Shown one piece after another: positions 19,826 to 29,287 of a stretch of 64,000 nt of DNA. The translations under genes were made by a program, and so were the position numbers. Every line of letters begins with the position of its first letter. The first letter of the stretch is position 1. The stretch spans positions 22,215 through 86,214 of the forward strand of contig JAWOLH010000023.1 of the NCBI GenBank assembly GCA_033853695.1, read 5' to 3'. Under the pieces are notes generated by a model. That model had not been told where the DNA came from. It saw only the letters and a list, made by a program, of their open reading frames with translations, and did not search any database. This stretch comes from Gemmatimonadales bacterium (GTDB taxonomy: Bacteria > Gemmatimonadota > Gemmatimonadetes > Gemmatimonadales > GWC2-71-9).

Positions 19826-21141
19826 CAGTGCGGGACCGTGGCCAGCTGCTCCACCTCCTCGGGACGCGACAGGTGCACATGGCAGACGCGCCGTTGACGC
19901 CCGAGGAGCGCCCGCACGTCTCCGATCGCCTGCGCCCGCTCGAGGCGACCGAACGTCGTCTGCATCGTGGGGATGTCGATATCGGTGACGGGGTCGGCCG
20001 TCACGACGAGGAACAGGCCCGTGTTGGGCCCCCCCTTGTGCAGCTGCCCCGTTGAATGGAGGTACCGCGGCCCGAACGCCGCGGTCGTGACGACGCCGAG
20101 CGCCTGTCCCCATGCCCGGCGCACATGCTGCAGGGCAGTGTCGAGCTCAGGCCTCGGAGGGAGATAGGCGAGTACCGCCAGGTAGTCGCCCGCCCGCGCC
20201 GCGGCTTTGAGCTCGGATGGGGTGAGCGTGCGCGGCGCATCCTCGCCCTTGCCGCCGGCAGCCAGCTCGCGGCGGGCCAGGGCTTTCGCCTCTTCGACGT
20301 CCGGCTGGTCGAAGGGGTTCACGCCGATCCGGTCGCACAGCTCCCAAGTGGCGTATTCCCAGCGCAGGAACTCCTTCCCCAGGTCGAGCGGATCGGACGA
20401 GAACTCGCTCACCGTCTGGAGATCGAGCCCGGCCCTCCCGGGATCGCCCACCACCGGCACGATGCCCCGGCCATTCTTGCCCGAGCTCTCCGCGATCAGC
20501 TGCTCGATCCAGGCGGCGAGACTCACCACCGGCTCCGGCGGACGCAGCGCGAGCTTGTCGATGCCGGTCGCTGCCGCCGAGGCGATCGCTGCTCCCAGCG
20601 CGCGCGCCGCCGGCAGATCGGCGGTGCGGGCGCGCTCGAGCAGCGTGGCGCCGTCTATTCCAGCGAGGGCCGCGGGAAGCATCCCGACGACGGTCAACGC
20701 CGCGTAGCGTCCTCCGACATCCGCAGGATGCGCAAATACCTCGCGAAACTTCCGGTCACGCGCGAGCTGTTCCAGCGGGGAGCCAGGATCGGTGACGGCG
20801 GCGAATTGGTCCGGCCGAGCCCGCGCGGAGAAGTAGCGATAGGCGGCGAGCGTCTCGACGGTCGAGCCCGACTTGCTGACAATCAGAAAGAGTGTGCGAT
20901 CGATCGGATGGCGGCGCTCGGCGTCGAGCACGGCGGCGGGGTCGGTACTGTCCAGCACATCCAGATTCTGTCGCATGAAGCTCCGGGCGAGGACCGCGGG
21001 GGCGAGCCCCGAGCCGCCCATGCCGCAGACGAGGACGCGATCGAGCCCGTCGCGGCGCGCGGCGGCGGCAAAATGGGTCCACGCCGGCCAGAGATCGAGC
21101 GACGCCGGAACGGTCCGGGTCCAGCCAAGTCGGTCTTCCAT
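19825..21141 (-). CDS. pgi: Glucose-6-phosphate isomerase (PGI domain as in Tal-Pgi fusions)
   Basis: RLGW, GMGGS, VSKSGSTVET, VGGRY, EQLIAESSGK, NPFDQPDVEEAK and HSTGQLHKGG. Confidence 0.88.
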   Translation of the reverse strand: MEDRLGWTRTVPASLDLWPAWTHFAAAARRDGLDRVLVCGMGGSGLAPAVLARSFMRQNLDVLDSTDPAAVLDAERRHPIDRTLFLIVSKSGSTVETLAAYRYFSARARPDQFAAVTDPGSPLEQLARDRKFREVFAHPADVGGRYAALTVVGMLPAALAGIDGATLLERARTADLPAARALGAAIASAAATGIDKLALRPPEPVVSLAAWIEQLIAESSGKNGRGIVPVVGDPGRAGLDLQTVSEFSSDPLDLGKEFLRWEYATWELCDRIGVNPFDQPDVEEAKALARRELAAGGKGEDAPRTLTPSELKAAARAGDYLAVLAYLPPRPELDTALQHVRRAWGQALGVVTTAAFGPRYLHSTGQLHKGGPNTGLFLVVTADPVTDIDIPTMQTTFGRLERAQAIGDVRALLGRQRRVCHVHLSRPEEVEQLATVPH

Positions 21142-21181
21142 ATGGCCCGCTAAGCTAACGCTTACTACCTTTGCCCCCAAC

Positions 21182-23677
21182 GTGATCTCGGGCCCGCGGC
21201 TCACTCGCTCGTTCCTCACGACAGCCGTCGCGCTGCTCGCCGTGCTGATGCTGGGCTACCTGGTGCACCCGCTGCGGGGGGCGGTGCTCGAGGCGACCGG
21301 ATGGACGCTGACCGCCGCCTTCCGCACGGCCGGCATCTGGCTGGCGTGGCGCGCCACGCTCGACGCACAGTGGAAACGGGCCTGGGGATGGCTCGCCATC
21401 GCGAGTGCGATCGACCTCGCGGCCCAGCTCTATGCCGACGCCGTGCTCCGGCAGGGTGGCCGGCTGACTGCCACTTCGCTGGCGGACGTCGGGTATCTCG
21501 CGGTGTATCCCTTCCTGTTTCTCGCGGCGTGGGACTTCCTGGCGACGCCGGAGCGGCGCCGCCCGACCGTAGAAATCCTGTTCGACTCGACCTTGCTCAC
21601 GCTCACGGTGGTCGCCTGGGCGTACGAGCTGTTCGTCGAGCCGATCCTGTCGGCGACGGGCAACGTCTCGGTGCTCGCCAGTGTGGCCTATGCCACCGGA
21701 GGAACGGCGCTCCTCTGGCTGATTGGCATGCTGCTGCTGCAACCCAGCTCGCTCCCGGTCGGCGGCTACCGCCTGGTGATCGGCGGTCTCGTGCTGTACG
21801 GCGTGTCGGACATCCTGCTGGGGATCATCGCCCTTCCTCACGCGAAGCAGCCCGGGGTCCTGCTCGATTTCGGGTGGAACGTCGCCAACCTCGTGCTCGG
21901 CCTGGCTGGGGCGCTAGCCGCTGCCCGGCCGGTCGCGACGCGACCCACCACGACTCCGGCCACGACCATTCTACCGCGCCTGCTCGCCGTCCTCGCGGGG
22001 TTCGCGGGCCTGCTCGCACTGTTCGTCCGCAATCTTCTCACCGGCGAGCGCGGGCTCGAAGACGTCTTGCTGCCGCTCGCCGGCGGCGTCGTGATCACCG
22101 CGCGGGTGGCCTATTCGCTGCTCGCCGATCGCCGCTACGAGACGGCGCTGGAGCGCGAGGTGGAGCGCCAGACCCATACGCTGATGGGCTCGCTGACCGC
22201 CGCCGCGTCTGCCGAGCGCAACCTGCGCCAGATCGTCGAGGCCTCGCCCGACCCTATCGTGCTGGTGAACCGGGACGGCCGCGTGCTCGAGTTCGCTCCC
22301 ACCGGCGGCTCGGCGCAGAGCTCGCGCACGGTATTCGACAGCGTCGACCCCGAAGCGACGGGACTCCTGCGCCAGCACCTCGACGCGGCGTTCTCGGGCG
22401 AGGTGCGGCGCTTCGAGATCCCGCAGCGCCACTCCGACGGTGGGCGCAACGTCAGCTCGGTCGTTTACGCCCCGATCCGCGAGCACGGCGAGATCACCAA
22501 GGTACTGGCCATCTCCCGCGACGTGACCGAGCTGCGCCGCGCGCAGAGCCAGCTGCAGCAAGCCGACAAGCTCGCGGCGATGGGCCAGCTGGTGAGCGGC
22601 GTCGCGCACGAGATCAACAACCCCGCCGCGATCATCTCCGGCTTCGCGCAGACACTGATGCTGGACGACTTGCGTCCCGATCAGCGGGAAATCGTCGAGA
22701 TGGTGCGGGACGAAGCGATGCGTATCGGCCAGATCACCACCAACCTCCTGGCCTTTGCGCGTATGAGCGGCCCCGAGCGCTCACTCGTGGACGTGAATGA
22801 GCTGGTGCGTCGGACCTACGCGTTGCGCGCCTACCACCTCAATACGCTGAACGTCAACGTGCAGATCGATCTCGATCCCGGCGATCCGCGCGTGTGGGCG
22901 AACGTGTCGGAGCTGCAGCAGATGCTCCTGAACTTCCTGATCAACGCCGAGCAGGCGCTCGAGGCGCATCAGGGGATGCGGAGCATCACCCTGCGCACGC
23001 GCGCCGACGCGAGCGAGGTCAGCATCGAGTGTCGTGATTCGGGGCCGGGCATCCCGGCGGACATCAAGAGCCGCATCTTCGACCCGTTCTTCACCACCAA
23101 ACCCGAAGGGGTCGGCACGGGACTCGGGTTGTCGATCTGTTACGGGATCGTGCGCAGCCACGGCGGGCGCATCTGGGTCGACTCGGAGCCAGGAAACGGA
23201 GCCGCCTTCCACGTGGTGTTGCCGCTCGACCTCCGCACGATGCCACGCCCCAGTGCCGCGCCGGCGGTGGGCGTCGCGGCGACGGAACCGCTGAGCGTGC
23301 TGGTGGTCGACGACGAACCGGGGATCCGCCAAGCGACGGCACGGTTCCTCAATCGCAGCGGGATGCAGGTGCGGGCGGTGAGCGACGGCGCGGAAGCGCT
23401 GCGCGCGCTGCGGGGGCAGGCGTTCGACGTCATCCTGTGCGACGTCCGGATGCCCGGCATGAACGGCCGTGACTTCCTGATCCGGCTGCGCGAGCACGCC
23501 CCGATGCTCGTCTCGACCCTGATCTTCGCGACCGGCGACACCCTCGACGCCGACACCGCGGCGCTACTCGCCGACGCCGGGGCGCCGTCGCTCGTGAAGC
23601 CCTTCGATTTCGACGCGCTGGAGCGGCTGGTCCGCGACGTTGCCGCAAAGGCAGAGCATCGAGCTGACTCTTACTGA
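21182..23677 (+). CDS. Membrane-bound hybrid sensor histidine kinase (multi-TM, PAS, HisKA, HATPase, receiver)
   Basis: About 9-10 hydrophobic segments, PAS region, GVAHEINNP H-box, N/G1/F/G2 boxes (NAEQA, DSGPG, FDPFFTTK, GTGLGL) and receiver VVDDE..CDVRMP..KPF. Start uncertain. Confidence 0.92.
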   Translation: MISGPRLTRSFLTTAVALLAVLMLGYLVHPLRGAVLEATGWTLTAAFRTAGIWLAWRATLDAQWKRAWGWLAIASAIDLAAQLYADAVLRQGGRLTATSLADVGYLAVYPFLFLAAWDFLATPERRRPTVEILFDSTLLTLTVVAWAYELFVEPILSATGNVSVLASVAYATGGTALLWLIGMLLLQPSSLPVGGYRLVIGGLVLYGVSDILLGIIALPHAKQPGVLLDFGWNVANLVLGLAGALAAARPVATRPTTTPATTILPRLLAVLAGFAGLLALFVRNLLTGERGLEDVLLPLAGGVVITARVAYSLLADRRYETALEREVERQTHTLMGSLTAAASAERNLRQIVEASPDPIVLVNRDGRVLEFAPTGGSAQSSRTVFDSVDPEATGLLRQHLDAAFSGEVRRFEIPQRHSDGGRNVSSVVYAPIREHGEITKVLAISRDVTELRRAQSQLQQADKLAAMGQLVSGVAHEINNPAAIISGFAQTLMLDDLRPDQREIVEMVRDEAMRIGQITTNLLAFARMSGPERSLVDVNELVRRTYALRAYHLNTLNVNVQIDLDPGDPRVWANVSELQQMLLNFLINAEQALEAHQGMRSITLRTRADASEVSIECRDSGPGIPADIKSRIFDPFFTTKPEGVGTGLGLSICYGIVRSHGGRIWVDSEPGNGAAFHVVLPLDLRTMPRPSAAPAVGVAATEPLSVLVVDDEPGIRQATARFLNRSGMQVRAVSDGAEALRALRGQAFDVILCDVRMPGMNGRDFLIRLREHAPMLVSTLIFATGDTLDADTAALLADAGAPSLVKPFDFDALERLVRDVAAKAEHRADSY

Positions 23678-25647
23678 ATCCCGAGCTTCTGCTTGAGCTC
23701 CGGCGGCAGGAGCGGCACCGCATGCCGGATCGGCACCGACAGCGCAAACCCCGGTGCCTGCGGCAAGCCTGCCCGATGGATGGAAATCACTTCTCCGTTG
23801 GCGTTGAAGACCGGGCTCCCCGACGACCCACCGACGGTCATGCCGTCGAACTGGATGACGTCGTCGGTGACGCGCGAGATGATCCCCGCTGTCATCGACG
23901 TCCGGACCACCGTGGAGCGGTAGCGCGCGAATCCCGCGCCGGCGGGATACCCGATCAACGCCGCCGGCTCGCCCTGTCGGACTTTCGTCCCACCCCAGTC
24001 GATGGCCGTGAGATAGGGTCCCTGATACCCTCGAATCTTGATCAGGGCGATGTCGCGGTCCTGCGAGGTGATGACGACATCGGCGTACCGGGAGGCGGAC
24101 TGGTCTGCCATGGTCACCCACGTCGTGTCCGGTTTCGGATATCCGCTGTCGGTCACCACATGCCAATTCGTGAGCATGTATCCGTCCGCCGAGATCACGA
24201 ATCCAGACCCGTTGTAGTAGTTCTTCCCGAAGCTCGTGGTGATCAACCCGACCGCCCCCTGATTCTGCTGCGCGATCGTGGCGAAGTCGGTGCCGCGCAC
24301 CGCGCGCATCCGCGCGTCGAGGCTCGCGGTCTGGGCCTCGGCGACGCTCACCTGCTTCCGCAGGCTGTCGATCGCGCTCGATGACGGCGCGCTCTTCTGC
24401 GCCTCGGTGAGCTGGTCCCGCAGGCGCTGCAGCTCGCGCTCCGAGGCCTGACGCTGCGTCTCTCCCGCCGCGAGCTGCTGCCCCAGGGCGCTCTGGGCAC
24501 GGGACAGCGCCTCGCTCAATTCATTGGTGCGCGCCTGGGCCGATTCGAGCTGCACGCGCAGGCTGTCCACCGTCGACGCCGGAGCGGCCTGCGACCGGGC
24601 CGAGTCGAGCGCCTGGCGCAACCGTTCGGCCTCGGCGCGGGAGGAGTCCTCCGCGCTGCGCCGGGCCACCTCCGTTTGGGCGACCTGTTGGGAGAGCAGC
24701 CGGTAGACGCCGAACACGCCGGCGCCGAGCACGAGGACGAGCACGATGACCGTCGCCGTGATCCAGCGAAACTTGCGGCGCGAATCCTTCCCCACCTCGG
24801 CCGCCACCGCCTTGAGAAACGCCGTCGAGCCTCGGCCGCCGCGGCGCCGTTCCTCGCGCGCCTGCTCGAGCGCCGAATTGATCAATCCCATCACCGTCTT
24901 CTGCCCCATCGCTTCCGCAGGCGCGGGCGGCCGCACCGCCGCCTTCATCGGGCCGGTCCCGATTCCCTCCACCACGAGCACCGGCCCGCCGGGTCCGAGC
25001 GTGATGCGGTCGCCGAGCCGTACGGGCATCGGATCCTGGATGCGGTCGCCGTTCAGAAACGTTCCGTTCTTGCTCCCGACGTCGCGCAGCGACAGTCCCC
25101 CGGACGGACCGACGCTCAGTTCGGCGTGAACCCGGGAGACGATGCCTTCGCCGCCCTCGACCGGACGAACCTCGCACTCCTTCCCCCGCCCCAACCGGAT
25201 GCGCGTTCCCTTGGCCTCGAACCGCTTGCCGGTGGCGGTCGCGATCAGGGTGATCCCGTAGGGGCGGGCTTCGGGAGGCCGCGGCGATGGCGCGGAGGAC
25301 AGATCGTACGCGGGATGTTCGGCGAGGGTGGCCCCGACGATCTCGCTCGTGGCGACGACGGCGAGCCGCGGGCCCGTTTCACCGAGGCGGATCTCGTCCC
25401 CCGCTGCGAGGTTCGACTGGTCCTGCACCCGCTGCCCGTTCAGGTAACTCCCGTTGCGGCTCCCGAGGTCGACCAGCACCCAGCCGCCATCCTGATGACG
25501 GAGCTCGGCGTGACGGGTGGAAACGACGCGGGCATCGTCCCCCGAGAACGCCACGGTCGAGGCGGGATCGCGCCCCAGACTCGCGACCGGGTCGCGCACC
25601 TCGAGAATCTTCCCGCTGGTGAGCAGCTGAAGCTTCAGATAAGGCAT
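23671..25647 (-). CDS. FHA-FHA-TM-coiled-coil-trypsin-like serine protease
   Basis: Two FHA motifs (GR..VSTRHA..GSRNGSYLNG; GR..VSRVHA..GSKNGTFLNG), one TM helix, Q/A-rich coiled coil, and triad TNWHVV / DIAL / GGSSGSP. Confidence 0.9.
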   Translation of the reverse strand: MPYLKLQLLTSGKILEVRDPVASLGRDPASTVAFSGDDARVVSTRHAELRHQDGGWVLVDLGSRNGSYLNGQRVQDQSNLAAGDEIRLGETGPRLAVVATSEIVGATLAEHPAYDLSSAPSPRPPEARPYGITLIATATGKRFEAKGTRIRLGRGKECEVRPVEGGEGIVSRVHAELSVGPSGGLSLRDVGSKNGTFLNGDRIQDPMPVRLGDRITLGPGGPVLVVEGIGTGPMKAAVRPPAPAEAMGQKTVMGLINSALEQAREERRRGGRGSTAFLKAVAAEVGKDSRRKFRWITATVIVLVLVLGAGVFGVYRLLSQQVAQTEVARRSAEDSSRAEAERLRQALDSARSQAAPASTVDSLRVQLESAQARTNELSEALSRAQSALGQQLAAGETQRQASERELQRLRDQLTEAQKSAPSSSAIDSLRKQVSVAEAQTASLDARMRAVRGTDFATIAQQNQGAVGLITTSFGKNYYNGSGFVISADGYMLTNWHVVTDSGYPKPDTTWVTMADQSASRYADVVITSQDRDIALIKIRGYQGPYLTAIDWGGTKVRQGEPAALIGYPAGAGFARYRSTVVRTSMTAGIISRVTDDVIQFDGMTVGGSSGSPVFNANGEVISIHRAGLPQAPGFALSVPIRHAVPLLPPELKQKLGIQ

Positions 25648-25679
25648 CGCTACGACGTCATCCGAGGAACGACGGACCT

Positions 25680-25919
25680 TCAGGACAAGTGGTCTTCGGG
25701 CGGCTCTTCCCGGCGATCTCCCGGCACCCGGCGCGGATCGTCACGCCGATCGACGCCCGAGCGACGGTCGAAGCCGTTGCGGTGATCCACGGCCACCTCC
25801 ATCACAGTCCTGCGTCGCTCTGTTCGCCCGCGCCGATCGACACCGGACCGACGATCCATGAGGGTACGCCGTTCCGTGGTGCGCCGCCGCTCACGGGCCT
25901 GCCGGACCGAGGTTGGCAC
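25680..25919 (-). CDS. Small Arg-rich [D/E]RR-repeat protein
   Basis: MPTSVRQARERRRTTERRTLMDRRSGVDRRGRTERRRTVMEVAVDHRNGFDRRSGVDRRDDPRRVPGDRREEPPEDHLS; fills an intergenic gap and is co-oriented with the FHA protease. Start (GTG 25919) uncertain. Confidence 0.65.
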   Translation of the reverse strand: MPTSVRQARERRRTTERRTLMDRRSGVDRRGRTERRRTVMEVAVDHRNGFDRRSGVDRRDDPRRVPGDRREEPPEDHLS

Positions 25920-26041
25920 GTCGCCAAACCTACACCGCCCGCCCGACCTGGCTAGTGCCGTTTCCGACCGCATCCCCCAGCCTGTGTGTGCATGACGGAT
26001 CCACCAGAACGGCACTCGTCCGCTGTCTTATCTTGCGCGCA

Positions 26042-27121
26042 GTGGACAATCTGGCCCACACCCTCGTCGGCGCCGCCATCGGGCGTGCCGCCGGCCGGGA
26101 CAAGATCCCCGCGGCCGGGTGGATCGGTGCCGTCGTGGCCAACGCACCGGACTGGACCGAGCTGCTGATCGGGCTTCGTTCGGATCGCGCCGACGGCGGC
26201 TATTACACGTCGCATCGCGGCATCACGCATTCGTTCTTCGGGGCCGCGGTCGAGACGGTGGCGATCACGCTCGCCATGTGGGGAATCTTCGCGCTGGTCC
26301 GTCGCCGCGCGCCGCAGCGCACGATCGACCCGGCCACCCTGTTCCTGCTCGTCTTCCTCGCCATCGCCAGCCACCTCTACATGGACTGGCAGGGCTCGTA
26401 CGGGCTGCGGCCGTTTCTTCCGTGGAGTGGGCGCTGGTACTACGGTGACTGGGTCGCGATCGTCGATCCGGTCTACTGGCTCGTTCCACTCGCCGCCCTC
26501 GCCTGGGGTGCGAAGCGTCACTGGCGCGACCTGACGCCGTTCGTGCTGATGGCCGGGATCATCCTCTGGCTGGTCCTCACCCATGCCGGCGTGGCCGCGT
26601 GGCTACGTTGCACCTGCGTCGTCCTGGCCGGAATCGGCGCGGTCGGATGGATCAAGCATTGGTTCGGGTGGGGCCGGCGCGGGCTCGTTGCGGCACTGGC
26701 GCTCACCGTGCTGGCGCTTTATACCGTCGCGCAGGCGGTGGCGAGTGTGCCGGCGAAGGCCGCGGCGCGCCAGGCGGCCGTGCAGCGCTTCGGCGCGGAC
26801 GCGCAGTCGGCCTCACTCACCGATGTCGGGCATCCGTTCACCTGGACGACGATCGTCGCCTCGCGGGACACCGTCGCGGGCACGACGTGGGCGATCCCGC
26901 GTCATCTCGCCGATCCCGCCGTCCGCGAGGCGCTGCGCATCTCACCGCCCGCCCGCTCGCTCGCAGGGTTTGCGCGGTTTCTCGCGGCCGAGGTCGATTC
27001 CGGCCCGCACGGCACGATCGTCACGCTGCGCGACATTCGCTTCGCCCGCCCGCCGTCCTTCGGGTGGGCGGTCGTGACCGTCCCGTTACCGACGACGCCT
27101 GAACCGCCCGGCGCGCGCTAG
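26042..27121 (+). CDS. Metal-dependent membrane hydrolase (YdjM/YbcI-like)
   Basis: MDNLAHTLVG, ANAPD, HRGITHS, SHLYMDWQGSYG and IVDP. Confidence 0.88.
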   Translation: MDNLAHTLVGAAIGRAAGRDKIPAAGWIGAVVANAPDWTELLIGLRSDRADGGYYTSHRGITHSFFGAAVETVAITLAMWGIFALVRRRAPQRTIDPATLFLLVFLAIASHLYMDWQGSYGLRPFLPWSGRWYYGDWVAIVDPVYWLVPLAALAWGAKRHWRDLTPFVLMAGIILWLVLTHAGVAAWLRCTCVVLAGIGAVGWIKHWFGWGRRGLVAALALTVLALYTVAQAVASVPAKAAARQAAVQRFGADAQSASLTDVGHPFTWTTIVASRDTVAGTTWAIPRHLADPAVREALRISPPARSLAGFARFLAAEVDSGPHGTIVTLRDIRFARPPSFGWAVVTVPLPTTPEPPGAR

Positions 27122-27133
27122 ATTCATCCCCGC

Positions 27134-28831
27134 GTGACTCTCGAGACCCCGTCCGCCGATCTGCTCGCCGGTATCACGACGGCCCTCGAGCCCGACTTCC
27201 GGCTCGACCATCTCGTTGCCATTTCACCGGAGCGCGCGATGTACCGCGCATGGGACCGCCGCCTGAAGCGCAGCGTCGCGGTGCGGGTCCATCTCATTCC
27301 CGAGTCGCCCGGGCGGGCGTGGTTCCTGCGCGAGAATGAGACGCTCGCGGCGTTGAATCACCCCGCGGTGCGGCACGTCTACCATGCGGGTGAGGTAGGA
27401 CCCTTCGCCTACCGCACGACGAACTGGATCGACGGCGAGAGCCTCGCCGAGGCGATGCGCCGTGGACCGCGGCCGATCCCCAGCGTCATGTCGCTGGTGC
27501 GCGACCTGCTGGGCACCCTCGAGCACGCCCACGCACGCGGGATCATCATCCGCCGCATCGTCCCGACGACGCTGCTGCTCGAAATCTCGGGACGGGGCGT
27601 GATCACCGATCTGCGCTATTCCAACTGGTGCCTGAATCACGTTCCCCCGGAGGACGAGGCGCAGCGGACGCCGTTCGTCGCGCCCGAAGTGCGCAAAGGA
27701 GAACCGGGAGAGCCGGCGACCGACGTGTACGCCGTCGCCGCCATCGTCTACTATGCCCTCACGGGGACCGAGCCGGCGGCGGAGTCCCCGGTCCCACCGC
27801 GATCGCTGCGCCCGGCGATCCCGCAGGCCGTCGAGCGGGTGATCATGCGCGGCCTGCGGCGCGAGCCGCGGGAGCGCTACTTCACGGCGACCGAGATGCT
27901 CGAGGACTTCGTCAGCGACGCCGGCATGTTCCACGAACCGGCCGTCGCCCCGGCGACGATGGAGAAGGACTTCGAGCGCCGGCTGCGGCGCGCCCTGGGC
28001 GACGACTACGAGCTGTTGAACGAGATCGGGTCGGGGGGATTCGGCCGGGTCTATCGGGCGCGGGACCTGGGGCTGGAGCGTGAAGTCGCGATCAAGGTCT
28101 TGCATCCGCAGCTCACCGCGGACCCGGGGGTGATGGAGCGGTTTCGTCGCGAGGCGCAGCTCGCCGCGCGGCTGCGCCACCCCAACATCGTGAGCGTGTA
28201 CGACATTCAGAGCCGCGCCGGGCTGCAGTGGTACGTCATGGAGCTCGTACCGGGGGCGAACGTCGCGCAGCTCGTGAATCGGGAAGGACCGTTTCCAACC
28301 CAGAAGACCGAGCGCATGCTGTTCGAGGCTCTGTCGGCGCTCGAGCACGCTCACAGCCTGGGCCTCGTGCACCGCGATATCAAGCCGGAGAACATGCTGA
28401 TCGAGCCGGACGGCCGGCTGCGGATCACCGATTTCGGCCTGGCGCTGGCGCTGCGCGGTGAGCGGTTCGCGGGGGCGACTTCGCGCAGCGGCACGCCGCA
28501 ATTCGCCGCCCCGGAGCAGCTGCTCGGCGAGCGCGTCGAGCAGCGCGCCGACCTGTACTCGCTCGGTGCGGTCGCCTACTTCACGCTGCTCGGCCGGCCG
28601 CCCTTCGAGGGGTTGACCCCCGAGGCGATTCTCGCGAAGCAGACCGTGGACGCCCTGCCTTCATTGCGGGAGTCGCGCCCCGACGTGTCGCGCGAGCTCG
28701 AGGATGTGCTGCGGCACACGGTGGTGTGCGACCCGTCGCAGCGCTACCCGACCGCGGCCGCGCTACGACAGGCGCTGGAGCATGCGACCGGAGGGATCGT
28801 AAAGCGGGTCTTGGGGTGGCTCAGGGTCTGA
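27134..28831 (+). CDS. Tandem Hanks-type protein: N-terminal pseudokinase plus C-terminal Ser/Thr kinase
   Basis: Domain 2 has IGSGGFGRVY, VAIK, HRDIKPEN, DFG and APE. Domain 1 has VAVR, IRRIVP, TDLR and APE. Confidence 0.9.
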   Translation: MTLETPSADLLAGITTALEPDFRLDHLVAISPERAMYRAWDRRLKRSVAVRVHLIPESPGRAWFLRENETLAALNHPAVRHVYHAGEVGPFAYRTTNWIDGESLAEAMRRGPRPIPSVMSLVRDLLGTLEHAHARGIIIRRIVPTTLLLEISGRGVITDLRYSNWCLNHVPPEDEAQRTPFVAPEVRKGEPGEPATDVYAVAAIVYYALTGTEPAAESPVPPRSLRPAIPQAVERVIMRGLRREPRERYFTATEMLEDFVSDAGMFHEPAVAPATMEKDFERRLRRALGDDYELLNEIGSGGFGRVYRARDLGLEREVAIKVLHPQLTADPGVMERFRREAQLAARLRHPNIVSVYDIQSRAGLQWYVMELVPGANVAQLVNREGPFPTQKTERMLFEALSALEHAHSLGLVHRDIKPENMLIEPDGRLRITDFGLALALRGERFAGATSRSGTPQFAAPEQLLGERVEQRADLYSLGAVAYFTLLGRPPFEGLTPEAILAKQTVDALPSLRESRPDVSRELEDVLRHTVVCDPSQRYPTAAALRQALEHATGGIVKRVLGWLRV

Positions 28832-28900
28832 GCAGAACGTCCCTGGCGTGAAATCCAAGGTAGTATTGTAGGGCGTCTCTCACGCTGGGAGGTCACCACA

Positions 28901-29287
28901 ATGCGACTCACCATGGTCGGCTGCCTCGCGCTCACGCTCGCCGGTTGCGGCGGTCTGTCGATGACGTCCGCGACGGGGAACGGTGGCGGGACTGGCTCGG
29001 GTCCTACCGCGTCGGTCACCATCCAGGACTACGCGTTCACCCCCTCCACCATCACGATCCAGACGGGCACGACCATCAACTGGGTGAACAACGGGCCCTC
29101 TTCTCACAGCGTGACGAGTGATACGACGGGCCAGTTCGACAGTGGCGCGCTGGCGGCGCCCATGGGCAACGGCTACGGCGGGATGACGAGCGGCGGGCTG
29201 TTCCAGATGAAGTTCACGACGCCGGGCACCTACAAGTATCACTGCATGTTCCACGCGTCGATGCACGGGACGATCACGGTACAGTAA
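28901..29287 (+). CDS. Plastocyanin/azurin-family blue copper lipoprotein
   Basis: Lipobox LAGC; HSVTSD and YHCMFHASM provide His/Cys/His/Met type-1 Cu ligands. Confidence 0.9.
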   Translation: MRLTMVGCLALTLAGCGGLSMTSATGNGGGTGSGPTASVTIQDYAFTPSTITIQTGTTINWVNNGPSSHSVTSDTTGQFDSGALAAPMGNGYGGMTSGGLFQMKFTTPGTYKYHCMFHASMHGTITVQ

